This document shows, piece after piece, positions 20,353-31,300 of a stretch of DNA of 64,000 bases. The notes under the pieces are model-generated. The model had not been told where the DNA came from, searched no databases, and saw nothing but the letters and a program-made list of their open reading frames with translations. Origin of the DNA: Planctomycetota bacterium (lineage in GTDB: Bacteria; Planctomycetota; UBA8108; SXIK01); contig OZ244999.1 in assembly GCA_965223265.1 (NCBI GenBank), positions 8,768,001 through 8,832,000 of the forward strand, written 5' to 3'. Position numbers and translations under genes: made by a program. Each line of letters begins with the position of its first letter. The stretch's first letter is position 1.

Positions 20353-20450
20353 GGAGACAGAAACGGAGACAGAGGCAGCGACGGAGTCAGATAACGGAGT
20401 ACTGGTACTCCCACTCCCACGCTCACTCACACCCACACCCACACCCACTC
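20353..20450. repeat. Two-block hexamer array (GAGACA-like then CCCACA-like)
   Basis: GGAGACAGAAACGGAGACAGAGGCAGCGACGGAGTC followed by CCCACTCCCACGCTCACTCACACCCACACCCACACCCACT. Confidence 0.85.
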
Positions 20451-20611
20451 GGGTCTGTCTTTCCGGCTCGCCTGCCGTCCATCGCGCCCTGAATCCGTCG
20501 CATGGCTCAGTGCCGACGTCTCAGTCCATCCTCGTTCCCTGCGATCGGTCTCGACGGCCGCTCGCCTCGGCTCACATTCCGCATACCCATTCTGTTCAGC
20601 TCCACCGATCG

Positions 20612-20620
20612 TGCTACAAT
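20612..20620 (+). promoter_or_regulatory. Candidate extended -10 promoter (TGcTACAAT)
   Basis: TGnTAnAAT match 48 nt upstream of the likely ATG at 20669; motif match only. Confidence 0.4.
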
Positions 20621-20668
20621 GGCGTCTGGTCGGAAGGTGGTCGAGATGAGCTCACAGAGGAATCACGG

Positions 20669-23600
20669 ATGGTGTTCGATCGCACTTCGTTGTTCGTTTT
20701 TGTGCTACTGTTGAACGCCACGCCTTTGTTTGCGCTTCGCATCACGGAGATCATGTATCACCCGTCCGATGCGCAAGGGGATCTCGAATACGTCGAGTTA
20801 TTCAACGACGAGTCGACTGCGCTCGACCTCAGCGGTTATCACTTCTGCGACGGGATCGACTACGCGTTCCCGGACATGTTTTTGGAGCCGGGTGCGTATT
20901 TGGTCGTGGCGGCAAATGCCACGGCTGTGCAGCAGGCTTACTCGATCGTTAATGTCGTTGGCGACTGGGGGGGCACCGGTGGAAGCTCGCTGAGCAACGG
21001 TGGTGAGGCGATAGAGATCTGCGACAACGCTGGAGTCGTCCGCGCACGCGTTGAGTACAACGACGTCGGCAAGTGGCCAGCAGGGGCGGACGGCGCGGGG
21101 CATTCGTTGGCGATTGATGCAGCGTTCGCGCCGCAGAGCGATACCGATCGCTGGTTCTTGAGCGGCGAGCTGGGTGGATCACCCGGCGTTGCAAACGATG
21201 TTTCATTGGGAGCGATGCCCGTGTCGCTCAATGAGTTGCACACGCGTGTCGCAGAGGGCGAAGCGCGTTGGCTCGAGATCTACAACGGCGGCGACGCCGA
21301 AATCGATCTCAGCGGCTATCACGTCAGCACTGATCGGGACAACCTGCAGATGGCGTCGCTGCCGGCGGGCACCATGCTGCCGCCGCGGGGATGGCTGCGA
21401 TTGGACGAAGCGCAGCTTGGACTGTCGCTCGAGATGCCAGCGCCTGACGAGAAGTTCTTGGTCATTCTATCGATGCCTGGGGGCGCGCGGGTCGTCGACG
21501 CGGTGAATTTCCGGCCGACGCTGGTAGCGCACAGCGAAGCGCGCGTGCCGGACGGCAGCCGCATACTGTCGCGTGCAGCGCAGCCCACTCCGGAATCGGC
21601 GAATCTCACTGACGTCACGAGCTCCGTCATCATCAACGAGATCCACTACCACCCGATCGACGACGACGAGATGAAGGAGTTCGTGGAGATCTACAACCGC
21701 GGGGGAGAGCCGGTCGATTTGTCGGGATGGGCGTTGACCGAAGGGGTGCGATTTGACTTTCCAGCCATCGTCTTGAGCCCCGGAGAATACCTCGTCGTCA
21801 CGCCTAATCCGGAAGGCCTACGACAAACGTACGAGCTCGCGGCGGAGCGTGTTGTTGGACCCGCAACCGAAGAATCGCGGCAGCGCTTCGGTCGTCTCTC
21901 GAATGACGGCGAGCGTGTGACTTTGCGTGACGCGAAACGGAACATCGCTGACACTGTCGCTTACCGCGACGGGGGCGAGTGGTCCCATTGGGCCGACGGT
22001 GGTGGGTCGTCGCTCGAGCGCATCGATCCACGGCAGGACGGCGAGAGCGGCCAGGCTTGGGATGCGAGCGACGATTCCGCGCGTGCCCCGATCACCGAAA
22101 TTGACTACTTCGGGACATCAACCACCAGCGAGGGCGAGCTTCACCTCGTGCTCCCGGGACGGGGAAAGACTCTGGTGGACGAGATCTCTTTGGTCACACC
22201 GCTGACGATCTTCGTCGAAGAGCAGCCGTTCGCGACGTTTGACGGCGAGTGGAAGTACTTTAGGGCGACAGAGGCTCCCCCCGCAGACTGGCAACTGCCG
22301 TCTTTCGACGATGCCACCTGGCTCGACGGACATGGCACGATCGGATACGGACGCGACGACGAAGATGTCGTACTCGAGGACATGCAGAATAACTTTGTCG
22401 CTGTCTACTTTCGCCGCCGCTTCGTTGTGGGTGACCCGAATCAGATTCAGGGGCTCAACTTGAAGGTCGATTTCGACGATGGGTACGCGGCTTACCTGAA
22501 CGGTACGGAGATTGCTCGCACTCAGCTGGCCACGGATGCTACCTGGGAGGTGGGCGCGACGCGCTCGGCTCGCGCCGGCTTCATCGATGACGTGGACGCA
22601 TCGGAGTTTGCCAGCGCACTCGTGCAGGGCGAGAACGTTTTGGCAATCGAGGTCCACAACCTGAGAGCCAGCAGTAACGACTTTCGGTTTAGCGCATCGT
22701 TCGCGTCTGGAGAGTTCGTTGTTGATGACACCATCAATTCCCTTGTCGACGGCGACTTTGAAAGCGAAGAGTCGACTTCCTTCTGGCGCATCCAAGGGAC
22801 GCACGTCTATTCGGGTCGCGTGACGGACGGGGCGATCAGCGGCTCGGGGTCTCTGAGTGTGATCTCCACCGGAAACGGTGACAACAAGGTGAATCGCATC
22901 GAGACCATGAACGAGGGGATCGTGCCGCTGATCTTCGGCGCGGAGTATCATGTCACGTTGAAAGCGCGGTGGCAGGTGGGTGTGCCGACTCTTCTAACTC
23001 ACGGCCAGTATCAGAGCAGTCGTGTGCCCCCGTTTGCTGCGTCGCATCCCCTGGCTCTCCCGGACCGTTTCGGAACGCCGGGAGCTGTGAACTTTGTCAC
23101 CGAGCGTCAGATAGCTCAGACTGGATCAGCGAACATCGGTCCGGTGATTTCGAATGTGCGTCATTCTCCAGCCGTGCCTGGGGACGGCGAGCCCGTCCGC
23201 GTCGAGGCGTACGTGCAGGATGCGGACGGCGTCGAATCGGTGACGCTGGTCTACAGTCTCAACGACCCGCTTCCCGACGGCGACACGGGTCAGGTATCGG
23301 TCGTCATGCAATCTGTAGGCGATGGGCGTTTCGTCGCAGAGATTCCTGGGCAACCGCTGAACACTCGCGTCGTTTTCTTTGTGACCGCGCGCGATTCGGT
23401 CGGTGCGAGGGGGCGCTTTCCGCTCGACCACTTGGCGCGCACGCATCCGATGCGGGCGCGTCCTGACCTGTCACCGCCGGCTGACGATCTCTACGCGATC
23501 TACGCGCATGCTGCTCCAAAGACTGAGGCAGTCTTTCACTCATATCGCGCCTACACCCACGATAGCGCCCAGGCGACACTGTCGTCACGGGCACTGCATT

Positions 23601-25231
23601 CGAATGACCTCATCGACGCGACGTTTATCTTCAACGATCGTGACGTCTACTACAATTCGAAGATACGTTTCAGTGGAAGTCCATTCGCGCGCGGCGCTTG
23701 GGGAAGCTTCCGCATACGCATGCCTGACGATCGACCACTCCACGGTGAGATTAAGAAGTTCGGTTTGGAGTCGCATCAAGGCGATGGAGGACGTGACGCT
23801 CGCGAGCGCATTTCTCACTATCTGATCCGGTTTAACCAGGGGACAACGCAGGTGCCGTACTCGCGTTTGTGGTTGACCGATCTACGAGTCAATCAGCGTG
23901 TGAACGGTTTTCGCACGCACTACGCGAACCCTAATCGGGAGTTCCTTGAGAAGTGGTTCCCCGGCGATCAGAACGGGCCGTTCTTCGAGGTCGACGACCG
24001 CTTCACCATCAGTGATTCCGGCGCTCGCACTGACAGCAACGACGCTCGTTTGCTCTATCCGCCGTATGGCCCCGCGTCGCTGGGCGGCGATAAGGAGATG
24101 TACCGGTACTTTCTCAATTCACGCGGCGGCAATCCATTCGACGAGTGGGACGATGTGATCGAACTCGCCAGGATCCTTTCGCCGCGCGAGACACCGGCGG
24201 AGATTTTTGACGAAGTCATTTGGGATGTCATCGACGTCGAGGAATTCCTTCGCATTTGGTCGGTTCGGTTGAATACCGACGATTGGGACACTTGGGGCGC
24301 GCGTAGGGGGAAAAACTGCTACCTATACAAACCGACCCAAGGACGGTGGGTGCTCCTTGCGTGGGATATGGAGCTCACCTACGCCGACTCAGGATCGTTC
24401 CGGCCGCCAGTGATTTCGGGCGGCAGAAACTCCACATATTCGCTCGGCTTCACTGAAGTCACGCGCTTGATCAATCGCCCGCAGATCAAGAGAAGGTACT
24501 ACGGCATTCTGAACGAGATGCTCGAGGGCCCGTTCAACTCGGAGTTCTTGACTCCCTACATGGAGAAGCTCGACGAGGCCGGCATGTCGAGCTCGTCGAC
24601 GCGCCATGGGAAGCCGAGCGGATTCGTCGACAGTCGCGGCCGCCTGCTCCTGAGGGCGGTGGCTGGAGCACTTCTTTCGGAGATCGGCTTTCGCGTGACG
24701 ACGAACGCTGGCATGCCGTTCGTCAGTGAGATCCCGCAGATCATGCTCACCGGAGTCGCCGGCGTCGAGGTGCGGGACATCGCCGTCAGCGTAGACGGAG
24801 TGCAGTCCACGTCGTGGCAAACACGGTTTTCAGGCGACGACATGTTCGTCTGGCTTGCCGGTGGCGAGCTCGATCCCGGTGCTCATCGGATCGATTTCGT
24901 CGGCTTCGACTCGTCGCAGAACCCGGTGGCTCAGACGAGCATCGAAGTGACTGTCGGCGAACCGACGGAGCGGTTTCTTCGTGGCGACGCGGACTCGAGC
25001 GGTGACCTGGATATCAGCGATCCGATCCGCATTTTGCTGCACCTGTTTGCGTCGTTCGATGTCGGGTGTCGTGATGCGGCAGACGTCAGTGATGACGGTA
25101 TCGTCGACCAGGCTGATGCCATTGCGCTTCTTATGTATCTCTTCGAGCCCGGACCGCCGCCGGCGGCTCCGTTCCCCGAAGTTGGCACTGATCCGACTCC
25201 CGATTCCCTAACGTGCTTTGTTGGCCTGTAG
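20669..25231 (+). CDS. Secreted lamin-tail-domain / CotH kinase-like / dockerin protein
   Basis: Signal peptide; repeated ITEIMYHP/LNEL/INEIHYHP lamin-tail starts; CotH-like DDWDTWG..KNCYLY..WVLLAWDMEL; C-terminal FLRGDADSSGDLDISD..AADVSDDG dockerin; AGAGGA upstream of ATG 20669. Confidence 0.88.
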   Translation: MVFDRTSLFVFVLLLNATPLFALRITEIMYHPSDAQGDLEYVELFNDESTALDLSGYHFCDGIDYAFPDMFLEPGAYLVVAANATAVQQAYSIVNVVGDWGGTGGSSLSNGGEAIEICDNAGVVRARVEYNDVGKWPAGADGAGHSLAIDAAFAPQSDTDRWFLSGELGGSPGVANDVSLGAMPVSLNELHTRVAEGEARWLEIYNGGDAEIDLSGYHVSTDRDNLQMASLPAGTMLPPRGWLRLDEAQLGLSLEMPAPDEKFLVILSMPGGARVVDAVNFRPTLVAHSEARVPDGSRILSRAAQPTPESANLTDVTSSVIINEIHYHPIDDDEMKEFVEIYNRGGEPVDLSGWALTEGVRFDFPAIVLSPGEYLVVTPNPEGLRQTYELAAERVVGPATEESRQRFGRLSNDGERVTLRDAKRNIADTVAYRDGGEWSHWADGGGSSLERIDPRQDGESGQAWDASDDSARAPITEIDYFGTSTTSEGELHLVLPGRGKTLVDEISLVTPLTIFVEEQPFATFDGEWKYFRATEAPPADWQLPSFDDATWLDGHGTIGYGRDDEDVVLEDMQNNFVAVYFRRRFVVGDPNQIQGLNLKVDFDDGYAAYLNGTEIARTQLATDATWEVGATRSARAGFIDDVDASEFASALVQGENVLAIEVHNLRASSNDFRFSASFASGEFVVDDTINSLVDGDFESEESTSFWRIQGTHVYSGRVTDGAISGSGSLSVISTGNGDNKVNRIETMNEGIVPLIFGAEYHVTLKARWQVGVPTLLTHGQYQSSRVPPFAASHPLALPDRFGTPGAVNFVTERQIAQTGSANIGPVISNVRHSPAVPGDGEPVRVEAYVQDADGVESVTLVYSLNDPLPDGDTGQVSVVMQSVGDGRFVAEIPGQPLNTRVVFFVTARDSVGARGRFPLDHLARTHPMRARPDLSPPADDLYAIYAHAAPKTEAVFHSYRAYTHDSAQATLSSRALHSNDLIDATFIFNDRDVYYNSKIRFSGSPFARGAWGSFRIRMPDDRPLHGEIKKFGLESHQGDGGRDARERISHYLIRFNQGTTQVPYSRLWLTDLRVNQRVNGFRTHYANPNREFLEKWFPGDQNGPFFEVDDRFTISDSGARTDSNDARLLYPPYGPASLGGDKEMYRYFLNSRGGNPFDEWDDVIELARILSPRETPAEIFDEVIWDVIDVEEFLRIWSVRLNTDDWDTWGARRGKNCYLYKPTQGRWVLLAWDMELTYADSGSFRPPVISGGRNSTYSLGFTEVTRLINRPQIKRRYYGILNEMLEGPFNSEFLTPYMEKLDEAGMSSSSTRHGKPSGFVDSRGRLLLRAVAGALLSEIGFRVTTNAGMPFVSEIPQIMLTGVAGVEVRDIAVSVDGVQSTSWQTRFSGDDMFVWLAGGELDPGAHRIDFVGFDSSQNPVAQTSIEVTVGEPTERFLRGDADSSGDLDISDPIRILLHLFASFDVGCRDAADVSDDGIVDQADAIALLMYLFEPGPPPAAPFPEVGTDPTPDSLTCFVGL

Positions 25232-25317
25232 AACAGAGCAGTTCGAGTCAAGAGAACGCCAGCGCGCAGTCGATTTGACCCGCGAAGCTCACCGGCGTCC
25301 GGCAATGGAGGTCCGTC

Positions 25318-27897
25318 ATGGAAGGGAGACGTCCACGGAGGCTCAGTCGTCCTCGGGTCTTCGCAGCGCTCGTGGCTTGTGCTGGCGTCGGGCCGTTCAT
25401 TGCGGCTCAGGATTCGCTCCCTGCGTTCCCGGGCGCAGTGGGATTCGGCGCTGTATCCGTCGGTGGCCGGGGCGGTGACGTTTATCATGTTACAAGCTTG
25501 CTCGACGACGGTTCGCCGGGCACGCTGCGCCACGGAGTCGAGACGGCGACTGGGCCGCGTACGATCGTCTTCGACGTCGGCGGCACGATCGAACTTGGCT
25601 CGGTCCTGACCATCACCGCCGACGCTATGACGATCGCTGGACAGACGGCGCCCGGTGGCGGCATCACGGTGGCTAAGTATCCTACCGCGATTGCCGAATC
25701 GACCGACATCGTCGTGCGGTACATGCGTTTTCGTACGGGTGATTTCAACGCGCAGTTTCCGGGCGAAGACGGCGGGGTTGGGACGCCGGGAGTCGGTAAC
25801 GGCAACGGCGATCTGATAGGCAACAACGCGGACGCACTTCGCGTTGGAGTCGAGTCTGACCGCGTCATGATCGATCACGTCTCGACTTCGTGGAGCATGG
25901 ACGAGACGCTATCCGTTACCCGAGCGAGAAACGTCACCGTGCAGCACTCGATCATCTCCGAGAGTCTCAACGATTCGTTTCACGACGGCGGACCCCACGG
26001 CTTGGGTTCCTTGGTGCGAGGCGAAGTGACGCCGGAAGATCAAGCGAACGAGACGGGCGGTTACACGTTTTACGGAAATCTGTACGCCCACCATACGGCA
26101 CGCAATCCGGGCGCTGGACCCCAGCAGACGCTTGATCCCGGACAGACCGAAGAGGAGCGACGTTCCATTGATCTCGATTTCGTCAACAACGTGATCTACG
26201 ACTGGGGCTTTCGAGCTAGTCACACGCTCGGCGCTAAGGGGCGGATCAATTACGTAGGAAACTACCTCATCGCCGGCTCAAGCACCGCGGCAGACCAGAC
26301 GAATGTCGCTTTGCGTGCGAACGCTGCCTTCGAGGTGTTCGTCAGCGGTGTCATGATCGATAGCGATCAAGATGGCGAGAACGATCCGCTCGTCGCTGGT
26401 TCAGGAGCCTTTGTCGCAACCCTGGTGCCGCAGCCGTTTGCGGCGCCGCCGGTTGACGCGCTTGCAGCGGACGTCGCTTACCAAAGAGCTCTCGTGCAAG
26501 TCGGCGCGTCCCGCGTTCGCGACGCGATCGACGCGCGCGTCGTAGATCAGGTGATGGCCCGGACCGGCGGAGTCATCGATTCGCAGTCGCAGGTAGGTGG
26601 ATTGGTACCTATAGCAGGTGGTCCCGCACCGCTTGACTCCGACGGTGATGGCATGCCGGACGCGTTTGAATTGGCAAACGGTCTGTCGACCAGCGATCCG
26701 GAGGATCGCAATGGCACGTCACTTTCACCCGATGGATACACCAATCTCGAGATTTACCTGAATTCAATTGTCGACACTGGCGAGTTCGAGCCCTTGGCAG
26801 CGTCGTTTTCATTCGCCCTCATCGGGGAGAATGAAGCTCAGTTCAATGCCACGGCCTCGACGACCCAGGAGGGGCATTCGATCATCTCTTATGCGTGGGA
26901 TTTCGGCGACGGCATGTCGGGGAGCGACGTTGTCAGCAATCACGTCTACGATGGGCCGGGACTCTACACGGTGAAGCTCGAGGTCACCGATGACCGCGGA
27001 TTGATCTCGGCTGTTCAAGAGGAGTTGATGGTACCACTCACGGCAGGCGACGTGTCGCCCTGGACCGCCGTCGACATCGGTTCTCCTGTTTTCCCCAGCG
27101 GCGCCCGGTTCGACGGTGACTGCCTTCTGGTTTCCGCGGGCGGCCGTGGCATCACGGGTGTGAACGACGAGCTTCACTTCCTTTACCAACCCGTGCGTGG
27201 CAGCTTTCGTCTCACGGCTGAGGTCTCGGAGGTATCAAGCCAGGTGAGCGGAGCTCGGATCGGTCTCATGCTGCGAGAGAGCCTTGAGCGCAACTCGCGT
27301 AACGCAGGCGTCTTTGTCACGGCGGCTGACCCACCGACGGTGGTTTTTAGCGCACGGCGTAGCAGTGCGACGTCTACAGTAGCCGTCGACAGCGAACATC
27401 GCTGGATTCGTCTTGAGCGCGTCGGCGACGAGCTCATCGGCTCGTCGAGTGCAGATGCAGTGACATGGACTGAGATCGGTCGGCGCACGGTGGTTATGCC
27501 CGTCGAGATTCTGGGGGGCGTTGCCGCCACGGGTTCAGATCGTTTCGACGAAGGCCAGTCACTGTTCGGCAGCGTCTGCAGCATCACGACGGAACCGATT
27601 CCGGTGACATTCGTGCGTGGCGATTGTAACGGCGATGGCGAAGTGGCGGGGAACGTCTCAGACGCCGTGTTCCTCCTCCTGTTTAACTTCGGCGTCGGTG
27701 TCGAGCCCGGCTGCCTTGCGGCGTGTGATGCCAACGGCGACGGTGAGGTCACTGGCAGCGTCACCGACGCGGTATTTCTTTTGGAGCACAGCTTCCTCCT
27801 CGGCCCCAGCCCACCCGCGCCTTACCCCTCGTGCGGCCCGAGGGTCGGTGAGCTCGAGTGCCTTTTGCCGACGCCGGGGTGTGGGATTGCCGAGTGA
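25318..27897 (+). CDS. Pectate lyase (PL1-like) with PKD, beta-sandwich and dockerin domains
   Basis: AFPGAVGFG..GGRGGDVYHVT, IDHVSTSWSMDE, YAWDFGDG (PKD), FVRGDCNGDG..ACDANGDG dockerin. Confidence 0.9.
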   Translation: MEGRRPRRLSRPRVFAALVACAGVGPFIAAQDSLPAFPGAVGFGAVSVGGRGGDVYHVTSLLDDGSPGTLRHGVETATGPRTIVFDVGGTIELGSVLTITADAMTIAGQTAPGGGITVAKYPTAIAESTDIVVRYMRFRTGDFNAQFPGEDGGVGTPGVGNGNGDLIGNNADALRVGVESDRVMIDHVSTSWSMDETLSVTRARNVTVQHSIISESLNDSFHDGGPHGLGSLVRGEVTPEDQANETGGYTFYGNLYAHHTARNPGAGPQQTLDPGQTEEERRSIDLDFVNNVIYDWGFRASHTLGAKGRINYVGNYLIAGSSTAADQTNVALRANAAFEVFVSGVMIDSDQDGENDPLVAGSGAFVATLVPQPFAAPPVDALAADVAYQRALVQVGASRVRDAIDARVVDQVMARTGGVIDSQSQVGGLVPIAGGPAPLDSDGDGMPDAFELANGLSTSDPEDRNGTSLSPDGYTNLEIYLNSIVDTGEFEPLAASFSFALIGENEAQFNATASTTQEGHSIISYAWDFGDGMSGSDVVSNHVYDGPGLYTVKLEVTDDRGLISAVQEELMVPLTAGDVSPWTAVDIGSPVFPSGARFDGDCLLVSAGGRGITGVNDELHFLYQPVRGSFRLTAEVSEVSSQVSGARIGLMLRESLERNSRNAGVFVTAADPPTVVFSARRSSATSTVAVDSEHRWIRLERVGDELIGSSSADAVTWTEIGRRTVVMPVEILGGVAATGSDRFDEGQSLFGSVCSITTEPIPVTFVRGDCNGDGEVAGNVSDAVFLLLFNFGVGVEPGCLAACDANGDGEVTGSVTDAVFLLEHSFLLGPSPPAPYPSCGPRVGELECLLPTPGCGIAE

Positions 27898-27909
27898 GCC
27901 GCTCGCGGT

Positions 27910-28300
27910 GAGCGTGTGCGATTGCGATTGCGATTGCGTGTTGTGCGTCTCCTAACCTAACAGCCTGTTGAAAAAGTGCTTCGAGCTGAAAACTGGTCGC
28001 TTCGCGTCCAGATCGGCCGCGGCGAACGCAGGTAATCTCCGAGATTTTCGAGGCTCGCCGCGGCTGATCTGGGCGTGAAGAGGCCGGTTTCTCAGCCGAA
28101 TGACTTTTTCAACGGGCTGCTAAAGTAGCAGGCACGGGCCGCGTGCGTCCGGTCTGCAGCAAGGAGGTGCGTGTGCGTGCGGGTCTGCGTGTGCGTGGGA
28201 GTATCAGTACGCTGCGTCTGCCACTGCGTCCGGATCTGTGAGGGGGGGAGGAGAGCAATCTCCTTCCCCTACCTCGATTCTCTGTCTCCGTCTCGTCTCT
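27910..28300. repeat. Degenerate two-block hexamer array (GTGCGT/GATTGC then TCTGTC) interrupted by a MITE
   Basis: GTGTGCGATTGCGATTGCGATTGCGTG left of the MITE, GTGCGTGTGCGT...GTGTGCGTGGGAGT right of it, then TCTGTCTCCGTCTC near 28281-28294. Confidence 0.7.
27961..28119. mobile_element. 159-bp palindromic MITE with IS5/IS1182-like ends and CTAA target duplication
   Basis: Terminal repeats CAGCCTGTTGAAAAAGT / ACTTTTTCAACGGGCTG; CTAA directly flanks both ends (27957-27960, 28120-28123); the interior folds as one long hairpin. Confidence 0.85.
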
Positions 28301-28325
28301 CGCCAAGCGAGCAGCCCGTCTCCGC

Positions 28326-31300
28326 CTAAGCGATCAGCTGGCGTTCGACGAGCGACAACCCAGTCTCGAACGACAGCTCCGTGCCGGATTCCCAGGCGCG
28401 GTCGAACTCCGCAGTGCCTAGACGGTCGCGTGCGGCTTCAGGCGTGGCGGACTGCTGGCGACGGAGGCTCTCAACCAAACTCGTTTCGGTCTTTCGGAGC
28501 GTCCAAGCGAGGCCGTAAAGCTGTGCTGCCAGCTCGTCCTGAGCGCGGCTCAGTGCGACATCGCCCGCGGCTTCGAGACAGAGGATACCGACAGGCACTG
28601 GCCCCAGCTTGCCTGCGAGTTCGACACACTCAGTCAGCGTGGCGGTGGTCTCAGCGCCTTCGTTTAGCCGTGCCAGCACCGTCGTCAAATCGGCGAGATT
28701 GATTCCAACGCCGACGTGGTCGCGTAGTTCGCGACGAAAGCCGAGGCTTTCCTCGAGTGTCCGGCGGGCGCTCTCGCTGTCACCTTCGCGAAATCGCAGC
28801 AGGCCCAGGTTTCCGAGCACCCAGCTGACACCACCACGCGCGTTCAGCTGACGAAAGATGTCGAGGCTGCGTTCGAAGTGCCCGGTCGCGGCGGCGTAGT
28901 CACCTTGATCCAGTTCCATGAGACCGAGGCTGCTCAGGGCCGTGGCAACGCCGTGTTGGTCGCCCAGGGATTCGCGCGTCGCGAGCGTCTCGTCGTGGAG
29001 CTCTCTCGCTTTTTCGATGTCGCCACGGCGCTGCGCGATCCAGCCGATCGTGTTCAGAGCGTTGGCGATACCGCGTCGGTCCCCAAGCTCACGGTAAAGC
29101 TTGAGACACTCATCGAGGATCGGCTCAACCTCCTCGATGGAGTAACGTCGGCTGAAAAGCTTCACCATGGCGAGGCTCGAGAGCGCCTGAGCGACGCCGT
29201 CGCGGTCGTCGATTTCGCCGGCCATCGCCAGCGCCTCTTCGAGTCGACTCTCGGCCGCCACGTAGTCGGCCTGGTAGCGCAGCAAGACACCTGCTCCCGT
29301 CAGCAGCTTGACCCGGCTGACACTTGGCGGGGCTTTGAGGCTTAGTGCCGCTTCGGTCAATTGCCTGCCGGAGGCAAAGTTTCCCAGCACCGTCCAGAAA
29401 CGCCAAATCGGTCCAATCAGCTGCGCAGCCGCCTCCCCTGCGGGGAGCGCGCCGTCGGGATCATCGCGGCGATCTGACGTCGCGGCGTTCGCAGCGTTCG
29501 ACGAGCACCACTCGAGCGCGGCACCGATGTTGCCACGCTCCGCCTGCAGTTTGACGAGCCACTCCTGTTGGCCGTGACCCACGAGGTGTGGCTCCGCTTC
29601 GGTGGCCAAACGAGTGAAGAATGCGAGGTGCCGCCGACGCAGCTCGTCCTGCCCGCCGCGGCGAAGAAGCTCCTCCAAACCATACTGCCGTCCCGTCTCA
29701 AGCAGGCGGTAGCGACTGTGACCATCTTGCGTCTCCGAGTACGTAACGAGCGACTTCTCCACGAGGGCTGTCAGCACGTCGATGACTTCGCATTCGCCGA
29801 AGCATGGCTCGTCTGGACTGGCGGCCGAAGGCAGTTCACCGCACACGCTCTCGGCGGCCTCGAGCGAGAATCCACCTGCGAACACTGCTAGGCGGGCGAA
29901 AAGCAGCTGCTCGACATCACTGAGGAGGCGAAAACTCCAATCAAATGCGGCACGCATCGTTTGTTGCCGCGGTAGGGCCGTGCGTCGCCCCCCGGTTAGC
30001 AATCTGAAGCTTTCCGACAGTTTCGCTGCGATTTCTTCCGGTGTCATCGAGCGGACGCGTGCAGCGGCTAGCTCGAGTGCCAGTGGCAAACCGTCGAGAC
30101 GTTCGCAGATGCGTGCAATGTGCGGTGCGTTGTCGTCGGAGAGGCGAAAGCCAGGCTTGGCGGCGCGAGCACGTTCGACGAAGAGCTGGCCCGATTCCGA
30201 CGTCTCCAGCGCTGCTGCGGTAGCGTTTTCGACCGCCGAGTAGACGCTGAGCGACGGCACTAAGAACAGTGTCTCGCCGGCGATCGACAGCGCTTCACGG
30301 CTCGTCACCATCACCTTGACGTTGGGGCAGCGCTCGAGGACTTGCTCGACGAGGTCAGCGCAGGGAGCCGAGAGGTGCTCGCAGTTGTCGAGGATCACGA
30401 CACACTCCTTCGTCGCCAAACCTTCGAGAATGGTCTCGCGTGAGGAGTGTTTTCCATCTTCGCGCAGTTTCAGCGCCGCCATGAATGTCGCGTCGATCCG
30501 CTCTGGATCCATAATCGCCGAGAGGTCGACCAGCCAGGCACCGTCCGTGAATTCGGGCAGGATGTCGCGCGCGACTTGAAGCGCGAGTCGTGTCTTACCC
30601 GAGCCGCCGGCGCCGGTGAGGGTCAACAGTCTGGTCTCGCCAAAGAGCTCGGTGACCTGCTCAAGTTCGTGCTGCCGACCCACGAACGAGCTGAGAGAGC
30701 GCGGGAGGTTGTGGGGTGTCTCGCCGACGCGTTCACGCTCGACGCGGACACTCGTGGGTGTACCAAGAGCTGCGTCGATGGCGGCGTGCGCTGACGCCGC
30801 ATCCGTCAAGCGTTCGTCTGCGTTTTTCTCGAGGCAGCTCCTCAGCAGCCGTCGGATGCCCTCAGGTACATCAACAACGGCGTCCCAATTCGGCTGCGAC
30901 TGCAGTGTCGCAGCGATCAGGTCACTGAGGGTCTCGCCGCGAAATGCGCGTGCGCCCGTGAGACACTCGAAGAGGAGGCAACCAAACGCGAACAAATCGC
31001 TGCGTTGATCGACGTCGCGACCACGAATTTGTTCCGGACTCATGTAGCTCGGTGTCCCCATGATCGTCCCGGCTTGTGTCTGGAACGAGACATCGGCGCT
31101 CTCGTACGTCGGTACTTCGGTCGTCGCGACGGTAATCGTCTCGCCTGCCTCTGCAGGTTCGCCGGCGAAGGGCGAGTGGACAGACTTTGCGAGTCCGAAG
31201 TCGACGACCTTCACGACGCCTTCTAGGTTGATCAGAACGTTGTGTGGTTTGAGATCGCGGTGGACGATTCCCCGACTGTGTGCTGCGACGAGTGCTGCCG

